Positions 25,898 to 38,527 of a DNA stretch of 64,000 nt are shown here, in pieces. Each line of letters begins with the position of its first letter. Within the stretch, counting starts at the first letter, position 1. The position numbers were made by a program, and so were the translations under genes. The notes under the pieces were generated by a model. That model worked only from the letters and a program-made list of their open reading frames with translations. It was not told where the DNA came from and did no database searches. This DNA is from Laetmonice hystrix. Its lineage: Eukaryota. The stretch covers positions 33,420,001 through 33,484,000 of the forward strand of contig OZ249440.1 of NCBI GenBank assembly GCA_965235115.1, written 5' to 3'.

Positions 25898-26310
25898 CAG
25901 GGTGCGCAGCAAATTTCACCAAAAAAATTCAAGCACTTTTCAAGGCCATTTTCTCTAATTTCAAGGACATGCACGCGGCAAAATCTGAGCTTGTATGGTC
26001 AATTAATAGGACTGTATTTGACTTTAGTCACTGCAGATATGTTTCTTGTTCATGCAATACTTTTTGTGCAAAAATAAAATGATGGAGAATAGCCGACGGC
26101 AGTTGCGAGCAGTCAAATTCCCTAAGAATTTAAGACTATATGATGCCCCGATTTCGTTACTGCCTCCCTCCCACCAAATTCAAGGATAAAATACAGGAAT
26201 TCAAGCACTTTTCAAGGTTATTATTCAGTTTTCAAGACCCTCTCAAAATTCAAGTACTTTTCAAGCCAGGCCTGAAAATTCAAGCACTTTTCAAGTCGCT
26301 GCGCACCCTG
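25898..26310. mobile_element. MITE with 13-bp TIR and 6-bp TSD
   Basis: cagggtgcgcagc / gctgcgcaccctg; tctaat on both sides; repeated ttcaagcacttttcaag inside. Confidence 0.8.
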
Positions 26311-26384
26311 TCTAATGGGGTCCTAGAACAAATTCAACTTGGTTGCCCAAATGACAAGTTTGGGCAAATCTCGTAATCTGCATA

Positions 26385-26695
26385 AATCCAAGATGGCCGC
26401 CAGACGCCGTCATGAAAATATAACTGTTGAACCACTTGCCTTAGAATGATGTATAATACGTCATTTTAGGGGTTTTTGGGTATGTAGAATCCATTTCTAA
26501 TGTTATTTTTTCAATTGAAGGTCAAGGTCAGGTCAAATTCAAGATGGCCGCCAGACGCCACCTTGAAAATTTAACTTTTGAACCATGTGCCTTAGAATGA
26601 TGTATAATACGTCTTTTTACGGGTTTTTGGGTATGTAGAATCAATCAATTTATGATATTATTTTTTCAATTGAAGGTCAAGTTCAGGTCAAATTT
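26385..26695. repeat. Two tandem ~155-bp units, probably subterminal repeats of a DNA transposon
   Basis: caagatggccgccagacgcc...tgaaggtcaag occurs twice. Confidence 0.75.
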
Positions 26696-27264
26696 TCATT
26701 GCTATAGAGATTCCAAATTAGGCTTAAACAAACTTACAAAGGATAATTTGCTTTCTTTTATTTTCAAGATTTGGGATGGCTAATGCTGATGGAAAGAGCC
26801 TCCCCTCAACCTGCAGCAAATTTGGACCACTCCAAACATTCAAGCTACAAGCAGTCAAGAAAATTATTAAGAGCACAGAAGTGAGGCATGACGATGAGAC
26901 CCGTAATATAATGCAACTGGTGCGTCATCGCTCTCTATCAAACCTTCCTTCCTCTTTTTAGCCACAAGTTTTTTGATATGATCCTGGGAGGTGAAAGAGC
27001 AATAACAGTTTCTATGAAGTTCAACTGATACTTGCTCTCCTTGGGAGTCCAAGATGGCCTGCATGGACTTGACCCCATCGTAGCATTACAGGACACCGTA
27101 AAATACGTCACATTATAGCAGTTCAACCAATGGCAGATCTAGCGGAGATGATGCAGAGAGCCCTCTTTTGTTCAATACTGGTACTAACTCAATTTTTTTG
27201 CAAATGGCACTTGGCCACCTTATTGCACTAGCATCTTCATTTTTCCTGCTACATGTTTCGTAAG

Positions 27265-27481
27265 GAGCTAGGTCCCTATCTTGTCTTGCTAAGGAGTACC
27301 CTCTAATTTGCAAGATTGAGTCCTGTATATTAGTATTGAGCCAAGTCTCAGAAAACGTCATAATTTGTATGTTGGCATGAGTTAGGTCATTTTGGATGGT
27401 ATCTATTTTGGGATAAAGACTTCGAGTGTTTAAGTGAGCAAGAGTGAGACCTTTTAGGCTCATTAGTTCGTCAAGAGCCAT
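27265..27481 (-). pseudogene. CR1/L2-type ORF2 start (APE endonuclease N-terminus), truncated
   Basis: KGLTLAHLNTRSLYPKID, FSETWL, GYSLARQDR. Confidence 0.85.
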
Positions 27482-28394
27482 GGTAGTTGGAGTGGTTTAT
27501 TTTTTTCAGCGCCTATCCTCCCCGTGTAACTGTCGAGAGTAAAAGTTAAGTTGTGCCAACTATCGTACAATGATAGTCGTGCTAGCTTGTGTAAGTTAAT
27601 GTACATTGCTATTTGATTTGTGAAAGAGCTTCCGTAACATAAATATCGTCCTACATCCATTGTCACGAGATGTCATGGTAGGCCCACTATACTATCTTAG
27701 ATTGAGGCTTCAAGTCAGCGGTGAGTCAGCTAGGTCCTAAAAGTTTAGGGTCTTAGTTTCTCCTCGCATACACAGGTGTTCGTCGACGTTAGGATAACAC
27801 TAGCAAGTCTGCTAAGTCCTAAAAATTTAGGGCCTTAGTGGATTTGATCTTGCATAGAATCTATGCGAGATCAAATCCACTAAGGCAGATAGGTATGATA
27901 CAGCAACGAACACCTGCCAACATTTGGTCGACGGAATCCGGAATCATCCCAAATTGACTTTTGATACTCTCTCTATGGGCCCCTTTCTTTTATCCATCTC
28001 TCTCTCTTCCTCTCCATTACTGACAGAAAGCACAACCCTGATTTACTAAACTTTAGTCTACAGATCTAGTTATATGGCAGGGACCATAAACGATCTTTTT
28101 GCCAGTGAAACTCTGCCATGAGCGAGAGATTTAACATGTATTTGAAGGGGAATCTGTACTTATTCTGTAAATTTTATGATTCCGTTATATTTAGAGAGTA
28201 ATCCGGAATGCGGAATACCTCATTCAATGCGGAAAGATTCCGCAGAATGCGGAAGTGTTGGCAGGTATGCTGTATTGGTGTTGTCAACGCTGAGGCAAAG
28301 AGTCATCTATGTCCTTATAATTTAAAACTCACGCGAGTTACACCTTACTTACTCGCCTCCTTTGTGAGCTTTCCACCTGTAGATAGGGGTTAAC

Positions 28395-28960
28395 ATATAG
28401 GTGTTGGTAATGGTGAGCGTATTTTCCATTGTGGTGGTCGTAGCGGTGGATATGGTTAACCGTCCATGGTGTTATAAGGTGTCGATCTGCGTTTATTTTG
28501 GTAATCGTCTTGTTGAGTTCAATGATGGTTTCGTTGAGTAGATCTTGCTGCGGGTGTCTTTCCTTAGCTTGGTGTCGTTCCTTCATAGTCCAAGTCGTTA
28601 TAATCCTTTAAGTCTATACCCACAAGTGGCGCGAAAATGGTCTTTGTCTTGGGGCTGATTTTGAGCACATTTTTGATCGTTGTCTGCATGTTGTTGATAC
28701 ATGATCATTTAGGCTTAATGATCTAAGCCCGGTGACTTTTGCATGTCGGTAGGTAATGTCACAAATACCTGCCATTATGATTACGTAGTCAGGTTGGGTC
28801 CGACTGATTGTGGCAAGAGCTTCATTCACCACTCGATTAAGGTCTGCCCCGCTGTTAACAATGACTTGGATGTTGTTCAGACCTTGGTGGTAAATCAGGG
28901 GTTGGAGTTCCTGGCCTCTAGAGTCTGTGATGATCATGACACGTGGATCTACTTTCTTGG
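28395..28960 (-). pseudogene. SGNH/GDSL-like esterase ORF, frameshifted, C-terminus lost
   Basis: Block-like motifs IITDSRG, NSGA, PDYVIIMAGICD, then LN..I..IN; no DxxH seen. Confidence 0.7.
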
Positions 28961-29029
28961 CAATGTTTTACGCGTATTTCAGATTTAGTGCATTGATTGA
29001 GATGCATAGCCATAGGTTTAGCTGGGTTG

Positions 29030-29375
29030 TCAGGAAAGGATTTTGCCGAGCATGTTCACTCCTTTCCACGTACTATTTCTAGCCTCTCGACTGTAGATGG
29101 TCGCCCCAATTCCGAAGTAGCTATCGTGGGTTGCCTTGAGTAGGCCCTTTGTGCCAGTCTCCGTCAATTGTTGTTGTAGATTGGGGTTACTCATGAACTT
29201 AGCCTTGACGAAAGATTCCATGATTTTGACCTAGTTATTCTTCCATTCCCTGGTAACGTTTTTTGGCGTCGAGTGGCGTTTGGCTGCGCTCAATTTCATT
29301 TGCCTTATCACTATCCTGGCATATCTTAGCCTTAGCCCATTGGGAGGCTTGTTTTGCTGACGTGTGGGTCATTCT
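29030..29375 (-). pseudogene. Degenerate NADAR/YbiA-like domain
   Basis: HTSAKQASQWAKAKICQD..ANEI..QTPLDAKK (frameshift) TREWKNN*VKIMESFVKAKFMSNPNLQQQLTETG..ATHDSYFGIG..WKGVNMLGKIL. Confidence 0.8.
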
Positions 29376-29588
29376 GTGCGGAATCACCTGAAATCAAGAA
29401 ATCTTCCCAGGTGACCATCTCAGATTTTTATGATTTTTTGTTTACAGGTACCTCCATATGTGATGAACACATGCAAAATCTTTTGCTCCAACTCCCAGTA
29501 GTTTTTCAGATAATAATTTTTAAAATTTGTGTGTCGGTGCAGACTTTATACATAGAAAGCCATTTTTGTGTTTTTTCCCATTTTCAAA

Positions 29589-31710
29589 GCGTTATATCTC
29601 AGGACTGGTTGCATGTATCAGGCTAAAATTTGGTATGTGCAAGGTCCCCTGTTCTACCATGCCTAGCTGTGCACTCCCTATAGAGAACGATGGATTAACA
29701 CCGTGCTGTTGGTCTCGAGACCAACAGCACGGTAAAAGCGACCAACAGCACGGTCAGCGGTTGTGAGATAGAACGTGATTGGTTCAGAATCTATTTAATT
29801 ATGCCGACACAATCACAATGACGACGACACAATTACTAACAATGGTGAGCGCGTCACAATTACACTGATATGAACCACTGAGGTGGTGCCTTTCATAACG
29901 TGCTCGGAATGCACTGCCACTTGTAAACACGGTCGTAATGTAGAGCTTATAAACTCGGTAAGCCTTTTTTCTGATATTTTAGGTATTATTTATGAAATAG
30001 AATAGTGTCTAAGATATGGTATTGTCATGGTAGAACAGGGTTTAAACATGATTTTCAGTGTGTGGCCCCAGATCACAGCACTCGGACCTCGACGTTCCGT
30101 CTCGGTCCTCGTGCTGTGATCTGGGGCCACACACTGAAAATCATGTTTAAACCCTTAGTCCACGTATTCAGTGCCAATCATCAAAGTTACAGCTGACTGG
30201 AAATGGCATTTTGTTCATATCGGAACATTTTTTTTCAAACTTTAGGGGGCTCTACACAAAATGTGTATTAAGTGATCATCTTCATATTACACAGCTTACC
30301 TCAGTAGATTCCCATCTTGTGTTTAGCCAAAAACAATGCCCATCACAATAATAGTTTTTTAGCTGTAGCTCCATAAAAATCGATCATGGTTGAAAAACGT
30401 CGGAAAAAGCTCTCCATTTTAGGTAGGATTTCACCATGTAGGCAACTACTCAGACACTTCAAATTTTTTTAAAAGGTAGAATGGCTATATGACATTTGTC
30501 AGTAAAATTATTTTTATCTAACTCAAAAGGCTTCATGTTTAAAAAAAAAAAAACAGTTTAGATGGTATTAAACAGAATGTAGAAATCCATAATATCTCAT
30601 TAAAATATATCTAAAATGGATTTAGCATAGTTTATAACTACTAAATAACTACTGAACATACACCTGTTCATAATCATAATGAATTCATAATTAAATGATT
30701 AAATTTAATTAATTAATCTAAAATGGATTTAGCATTGTTTATGCCTACTAAATAACTACTGAAGAATTATCTGTTCAAAACCATAATTAATTCATAATTA
30801 AATTAAATAATTAATTAAATGAATTAAGTTAATTAATCTAAAATGGATTGAGCATAGTTTATGCGTTAAAAACAAGCCAAAGATAAGGCCATCAAAGTAG
30901 TAGTTTTTGAGCTTTTGCTGCATGAAAATCGGTTATGTTTGAAAAATGTCGAAAAAAACTCTCCATTTTTTTACTCACAAGGCTTCATGGTAAAATAAAT
31001 GTATTTATTTAATTTATTTACTTAATTATTGAAATTTATAGTTTATTTATTGCATTAATTATTTAGTTATTTATTTAAATTAGTTAATTAAATTAGTTAA
31101 TTATTTAATTATGAAATTAGTTAATTATTTAATTATGAATTAATTCTAATTATGAACAGATGTATGTTCAGTAGATATTTAGTAGGCATAAACTATGCTA
31201 AATACATTTTAGATATATTTAAATGAGATATAATGGATTTCTACATTCTGTTTAATATTGTCTAAACTGGTATTTTTTAAAACATGAAGCCTTTTGAGTT
31301 ATTCTACTGACAAATGTCATATAGTTATTCTACCTTTTCAAAAAAATTGAAGTGTCTGAGTAGTTGCCTACATGGTGAAATCCTACCTAGAATGGAAAGC
31401 TTTTTTTCAACGTTTTTCAAACATGACCGGTTTTCATGCAGCTACAGCTCAAAAACTATTACTGTGATGGGCATTGTTTCCGGTTAAACACAAGCTGGTA
31501 ATCTACTGAGGTAAGCTTTGTAATCTGAAGATGATCACTTAATACACATTTTGTGTAGAGCCCCCTAAAGTTTGAAAAAAGTCAGCTATAAAAAAATAAA
31601 AAAATGCAATTTAGCATAACTTTGATAATTGGCACTGAATATGTGGCTAGGGGACCTTGCACATACCAAATTTCAGCCTGATACATGTAACCAGTCCTGA
31701 GATATAACGC
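29589..31710. mobile_element. Foldback element with ~600-bp inverted arms and an AT-rich repetitive centre
   Basis: 29589-29650 plus 30156-30700 is the reverse complement of ~31130-31710. Confidence 0.85.
29651..30155. mobile_element. ~505-bp non-coding insertion with a terminal hairpin and internal complementary region (tyrosine-recombinase-type architecture)
   Basis: Absent from the opposite foldback arm; 30026-30081 is the reverse complement of the joined 3' end and 5' start. Confidence 0.6.
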
Positions 31711-31759
31711 TTTTTTCATGGTGGCAAGGGGTCCCGCGAACCGGTGACCTAAGGAGGTT

Positions 31760-34265
31760 AATTTGCATAGTTCTAACAGGCGGGTCGGTCGGTGCAAGTG
31801 ACCGCTGGTCATATACGTTATTTCCAAATATGGCAACGTAGTTGGTGACTTTTTCAGTTAGGGTTACGCCATGGTCGGTAGGCCTATACAATGGTGGCAA
31901 CGGTACGGCGGCCGAGTATGCCCATGATTCTGTAAGTGTATTTAATTTGTGTACTGACATGTATGTTAGAAAAGATTGTTTTGATAAATGTTTGACATTT
32001 GGGAAAGTCGTAAAATTTACTAGGTTCTTTGCCTGTGAGAGGGCGCATTTATACTATAGTCTTCTGACAGATATCAGTATCAAAAGAATGTAATATCGTC
32101 TTTTTTGTTTCATTTCTTTAGTGTCATCATGTACCCGAGTACGCATGTGTGGACAGAGTGGGAAAAATAAATGTTGGCAGAAACTTTTTGGTGTCGTTTT
32201 GTTGGCCGTGACAAGAATCTGCAATAAAGATGGAACAAGCCAAAGTCATACGGAGGCAAAGGAAAGGGGTTCTTACCAGGCTTCCGGGTCTGATTGAGCG
32301 TCTGGTAACTGTGGAAGATGTCACCGGTGTGGGAGGAAAACTCGGTCAGATCAAGGACACTTTCCATGATTTTGAAGAAGCGCATGATAAGTACCATGCA
32401 TTTTTGACCGAAGAAAATGCTATTGAGGAAAGTGAGAACTGGTTTAGGAAAGTTGAAATGGATTACATTATATGTGTTAAATCGGCACGATCTTGGTTAA
32501 GGTCACTCTCAGATCACGACAGCGAAAGGAATCGGTCAGGCTCACATGGTACGAGAGAAGACCTAATCAACCTGTTATCAATACCAAAAGTAGAGATTGG
32601 TACGTTTACAGGGGATCCATTAGAGTATCAAACATTTATGGCAGTATTTGATGAAACTGTAGGAAATAAGGATGTCAAGGATCAAGTGAAGTTATCCCGT
32701 TTGTTGCAGTACACCTCAGGCGCAGCTAAGGCTGCTATCCGAAATTGTGCACTTGTTGGGGGTCATGAAGGTTACACGCAGGCGCTTGAAATTTTGAGTA
32801 ACCGGTTTGGGAATCCTCACTTGATATCGCAGCGTATGATTTCTGACTTGAAAAATGGTAAACCAGTTTCGAAAGGCACAGATATTCAGCAACTAGCAGA
32901 TGACCTCTTAGCAGCTGTGACTGCACTTGTAGATATAGATATGTCTAGTGAAATCGAGAATCAGCAGAGTATTCTGGATGTTTTACAGAGGTGCCCACCA
33001 TATATGCATAGCCAGTGGCGGGGTTATCCAGTATATCAAGTGTGATAAAGCTAAAATCGTTAAGGGATCAAATTTCAACAACGTAACAAATGAGTCTCAT
33101 TCCAACCAGTCGAGGGATCATATGATGTCCACCTCTAAGACAGTGTCCACTCCATGTGTTGTTTGTAAGCAGCTTCACAGGTTGTTTAACTCTCTAGGTT
33201 TGAAGTGGTAAGAGCTCACAAGCTGTGCTATAATTGTCCATTGGAGGGACATTTAGCTGGGGAATGTAGAAAGCTTTCGGTTAGCCAAAGAATTCGGCTC
33301 TGTGCTCTGTACAGAGCCGAAGGTCGCTGTTCAGAATTTCCGAGCGTACCCGGACAAATCTTCTGTCTGCCATGAAAAGCCCTCCCTTTTCTCTATATGT
33401 TGATGAAATAGTGATAAATAAACTCAAAATAACTTATCTCTCATATCTGCAAGCTGGAAAAGCACGATGCGACAAAATAAAGACAGTCACATCTCTCGAA
33501 CCGAGAAATTTCAATGCTCGTTGAGTGCCGCCATTACCGTCGGAGACACCCTCCAACGCAGAGCTACTTGCGCTTCGCTTTCACTTCACACAGTAGTAAG
33601 CGAGTCTCTGCGTAGGTGAGTGCGTCGAAGAGATGCATGCTGGGATCAAAGGCAACATGGTGGCCGGTAAAACGCCGTTAAACGGGTGATCTAGACATGA
33701 ATTTGACGTTGTACTATTAGAAACACTGCTTCAGGACCCCACACACCTACTGTCGAGATAAATGGATGCCGGTGAGTTGATCAGTGCAAGCGGTGGTGGC
33801 CTGGCCTGGGTGTGGTCTGACCCGCCAGGAATTTAAGCCACTGCCTGTAAGCCTTGCTGGCTCGGCGGATGGCTTACTACGTAGGCTAGCTTTCGGTATG
33901 CTCGGTTCCGGGCTGTGGCAAACGGCACACAAAATTTATTTACTTTGACAGAAATAGCCACGGGGCGGGTGCTGAAAGGGTCAGTGTCGAGGACAGAGTC
34001 ACGAGCAACGTCAGTGCGGGTTCTGTTACTTCAGGTGTATACTTGCCTATGGTACCCGTAGTAGCAAATGGTCAATGTCAAGCATATGCACTTCTGGATT
34101 CCGGGTCAACCAATACCTAGTGAGGCTAGTGAGTCGGCTAAAGCTGACGGGTAAGGTAGTACGGTACACAATGAATACCATATCGGGTCAAGGTACAATG
34201 TGTTTTAGGTCTGTCCCATTGCATTTGTCTTCCATTGAAAATGCCAATGATTTGACTTTGACTAA
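31760..34265 (+). mobile_element. BEL/Pao LTR retrotransposon remnant (probable LTR, gag, zinc knuckles, aspartic protease)
   Basis: ORF 32230-33045 with FTGDPLEYQTFMAVF, KLSRLLQYTSGAAK, ALEILSNRFGNP; CYNC....H....C and CSVPGCGKRH; AYALLDSGSTNT near 34082. Confidence 0.85.
33282..33888. mobile_element. Academ-like non-autonomous insertion (TAGCC...GGCTA, 9-bp TSD)
   Basis: gctttcggt at 33273-33281 and 33889-33897; removal restores the gag knuckle. Confidence 0.7.
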
Positions 34266-34452
34266 CTCCCCTGACACTACCCCGCCTCCCCTCCCTCCCT
34301 CACTGAGGCATGGGTAAAGTTGTGGGGTCAGCGGCGGGACTTGGTGTCAGCCATATAGGCCATGGTGTCAGCCATATAGGCCATGCAGGTGTTGTGGGGA
34401 TATATGTGGAGCGCGTGTTCAGGCATGATTGTCCAGTTAGGTCAGACTGTGG

Positions 34453-34708
34453 GTGGGTGGGGTTTTACGCCTTGCAACGGCCAGGGTCATATCACGGCGG
34501 TGAAGATGATAATGAAAGTCAGTTTTTCTTGGTGGAGGAAACCTGAGTGCCCGGAGGAAACCACCGACCTTCGGGAAGGAACTGACTGACAAACCTTTCA
34601 CACATGCAGCCCTGGCCAGGGATCAAACCCGGACCACAGCAGTGTGAGGCGATGGTCCTAGTTGTTATGAGTGTGCACCTTTGACCACTCTGCCACCCGA
34701 GGCCCCTC
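34453..34708 (-). mobile_element. tRNA-derived SINE with V-domain-like core, copy 1
   Basis: A/B-box-like head, ggtttcctccgggcactcaggtttcctcc core, (CCCA)n tail, TSD tcagactgtgg. Confidence 0.85.
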
Positions 34709-35009
34709 TCAGACTGTGGAAGAGTGCTTACTGATGGCACCATTAACACAGACAATGGCCGACACGGGCAGGGGTAAATGTTTGGGTATAGGTATTTGAT
34801 GGGTATAGATATTTGAGAGGGTGCTCACACATAATCTCCCGTTATGGTAGCGGGCAGTGGCGGCAGGCAGCCGCCATCAAGACAATAATAAAAATGTTTT
34901 TAAATGTTTGGGGATATGGCTGGTCGTCTTAGAGGCACCATCCCCGTCCTGAGTCACGGGTATATAACCTGCGACTTCATAGTGAACCTCACACGGGGAA
35001 AAGAACTAT

Positions 35010-37255
35010 GAGTAGAGATGGAGGTTAAAGTCGCATACATCGAAGGTGCCAGGGGTCATCAGGTACCGGTGCTGGATGGGTACTCCTATTACGAGTCAAA
35101 CGCTACAACTAGGTACCATGCTGGTTTGCAGCAAGAGAAAAACCATGAAGTGCAGTGCTTACCTCATCATTGACGATGAGGGTACTGTGCTGCTGACTAT
35201 GAATGACCATAACCGTCAGTTGGTTCCTGAAGAAGTGCAGAGCAGACAGCTTAAAGTGAATATGAGGGGGCACGCCAGGAGACAACTCCCATGCTGGTGA
35301 TCTACGATCAAGAGAAGATCAAGCTTCTGGAACAAGATGCTCCCACGGAAACAGCATCCGCTTTTCCTGAGTTCGATGGAGTCAGGAAATCAAGCTGGAT
35401 AGTGAAAGGACCCTCGCTTCCCAAGGTGAACCGTTCCTTCTCGGCACGGATGGAGAGGGTGACAACATCCTTGTTTTTTGGTTCTGATATCTGTTGTTGC
35501 CAAAGTCATATGGTGACAAAAGAATTTCGTAGTTGGTGTTTTCTGTGTGCTATGTGTTTGATGTTTCCTGTGTGTATATACATGTCAAAACGACTTGTGT
35601 CCACTTGGTGCCTATTCCTTTAAGTATACCCCTAGTGGTCAAATCAATCAATTTGTCACATGACCGGAACTAGTGATTGATATTCACTTTGTTGAAAGTC
35701 GCGGTAGAAGCAACATGTTAACTTGAAGGTCAGTTTATTGTACAGCCTAATCCGAGGCCATCCTGTACTTTGTTCTTTATATTGAAACAGGCTTTATAGC
35801 AATAATGTTCACAAATAATTTAGGACTCTCCAGACGAGTTATTATTTTACGTATTTTGTTTAATTATTTGGTGTAATCTATGTGTTGAAATATGTTGGGA
35901 AACCAATTGTGTCCTGTCAACGTACCCTGCCCGTAATGGGTTTCTCGTTATAAATTACAATAGTTCTTGGTTTCTAGTGGGTTATGTTATGTCGCCAGTG
36001 GAGGGTTAAAAGGATATATGTTTGTCGCCTGTTATAGGTTCTTTGAAGATCACGTCACCCACTGTTAACTTAAGCTGTTTATTTATACCATAGGAAAATT
36101 ACCGTCATGCCACCCAAGATGGCGCTACCCCCACCCTATTGTTGGGCAAGTCTTGGGGAACCCACGATTTGTAAGTGGAATATAATTTAGCTGACATTAT
36201 TTAGATAACTAATTTGTCAACATATTTAAGTGGACCTTACATAATTTATGTACATTTTGTCAGCGCTGCATTTTCCTTCTGTAATATTGTTCATGTAATG
36301 TACCTTGTGCATCTTACATTGTATGTTAGCCTATGGCTTAGTCGTCTGTGTGTGTTGCTTCGTCATGTGTTCCTTGTGCACGTGTATTGTTCAACGTTCC
36401 TTTGTCTGTCTGTCCTGTAGCTTCACATGAAATGAAACTACTTGACTCAACATTACATCACCCTTCCAGACTGCACCTACAATCTTCTACCAGATCGTAA
36501 CGGTACATTCCCCTGTCCTCAGGGGCATTCAGCCACTCATGTTTGTCAGCACATCTGTTACAAACAAGGAAACTGCTACATAATCCGTTTCCTGAAACTC
36601 CTTCGGTCCAAGGCAGCAGAGAAGGGCTCCAATCTCAAACCCATTCATGTGATGCAGGACATTGAGCAGGCCCTTATGAAAGCCAAACTTGAGGTGTTAC
36701 TTGACGCTCAAAAAATTGTGCTTTTTTATTTTTGCCACTGCTTGTGGAGAAAGCTCCAGGGTCTTGGACTGGCAGCCCCCTGCAAGGAGATGCCCGAGAT
36801 GTGCACCTGGGTCAGGATGGCTTCAGCCCTTCCCATGTTGCCTGTGGCACAAGTAGTTGACTGGTTCAACTTGGTAAAGGATATGTCTCCCAATGTGCCG
36901 CAAATTAAGGAGTTTAGTAACTACCTCTTCACGACATGGGTAACAGGCTTTCCAATCGAGATGTCCAATTGAGATCCAATCGAACCGGACCAACAATCAT
37001 GTGGAAGGATTCCACAATACGCTGAAGAAAAAAGCAGGGAAAGCCTACCCAAAGCTCTATGAAATAGCGGATCTGTTCAGACAGGAGGAGGCATCGACAT
37101 CGGTTGATATGCTGCAGGCACAGGCAAGTCAGCTGCCCCCCCCCCCCCCCCCCCCAGAAAGGAAAAAGTATGATAATATTGACTTCCGTTGGCACCAGTT
37201 AGGCTTAAACTACATGATATGCCACAGAACGATGGAGTCCTTTATGACCATATAA
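35010..37255 (+). pseudogene. MULE transposase remnant (FLYWCH-like N-terminus; catalytic C-terminus), interrupted
   Basis: LDGYSY..KC.A....HN; MQDIEQAL..FYFCHCLWRKLQGLGL; RTNNHVEGFHNTLK. Confidence 0.75.
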
Positions 37256-37635
37256 TGGACAATACTGGTCCTAGGTAAGGTAGTGGTTGAGTGGACTAGG
37301 GTGATACTTAGTAACACCATAATAGGGTGTGCAAGTGGGTCAAGAGAAAACATGAGAAAACCCGAGAACAGCCGACTCTGGTTCTAACGTGCCATAATCT
37401 TGTCACTATAGCATTGTGAATCCCATAGGAGCTGGCAACTCTCAACTTCTAAATATTATTATTTCATTATTTGGTTAGGGCGCTTTCATTCTTGTAACTT
37501 GCAAAACAAGAGCACCAACCTGTTTTACGTATGAAAGAATACTTTTCATGTCTTAGATGTCAAAACTGACAAAAATCTGGTCGATGTTTAAAAGTGTGTT
37601 TTCTCATCCTATGTTAAACCAATGGAGAAATTGTG

Positions 37636-38002
37636 ACCTAACTTACTAAGAATGAAATGGTCACAATTGTTTCAATATTAAATATCTGAGTAAATGTTCC
37701 CTCAGTGTGTAGTTCATCTAGTACAACAGGAGTTGGTGTCACAACTAGAGCAGGGATAGTTTCAATATCTTCTTCTGTGGTGTTCTAAATTAAAAATTGA
37801 CTTGTAAAGGAGTTCATTTAAACTATGATCAACAGGAAATTGTTTAAACATCTGAATATATGTATGTAATTTCAGCACTTGTGGATATATGAGTACAATA
37901 ACTATTCTTAAAAATCAATACCTTTAGTCCAATATTTGGGGCAAAGGTTGTGCCCTCTCTAAGTTCACTGGTACTCTCCGAGTTGAACTTTGACTGTTTG
38001 CA
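37636..38002 (+). repeat. ~367-bp direct duplication, second copy at 38997-39363
   Basis: Near-identical sequence acctaacttactaag...gactgtttgca. Confidence 0.92.
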
Positions 38003-38527
38003 GTGGAGCCTTTTACGCTTGCCCTCCTTGGTGCTGGCACGTAGGTACTTCGGGTCTCCTCTGGCAATCAACTGCTGAACCATACAACAAGGTGTGCTTC
38101 CCTGGGGACAAACCAGCTTTCTGACTGATCTAGCAATAATACCAAAAAGGTTTTTTTATAGTTTTTGTAATGAAGGTACATTCAATAAAAAAGGATTTCT
38201 TATATTGGCACCATTCTTTTCTTGACTGTAATATCTATAATTTTTACCCCAATGTTTGAAACATGATATCATCTGGTTATTTGGGGGTCTGTGGTACAAA
38301 TTTCAGACAAATGGGTCAAAACGTCTACAAATAAGGCCATTTCTAAAAAATTTGTGTCAAAAATTCGAATGACCAGGGTCATTAGCGTGAAGCCGCACGT
38401 CATTTAAGCAGGAACTGCCCTGAAAAACTTTCTCCCGTCGCGTTGAATGACCCAGTTTTCTTGGTGTGTGTCCCAATTAATGCAGGGTTGTTGCCACTGT
38501 GTCTGAATGAAGTCAAATGTATGAGAT

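Noticed and set aside
26860..27260. Minus-strand HRNCYCSFTS peptide as a large DNA-transposon protein
   Set aside because: Too short and broken to assign; its fusion to the APE ORF in the track is a junction artefact.
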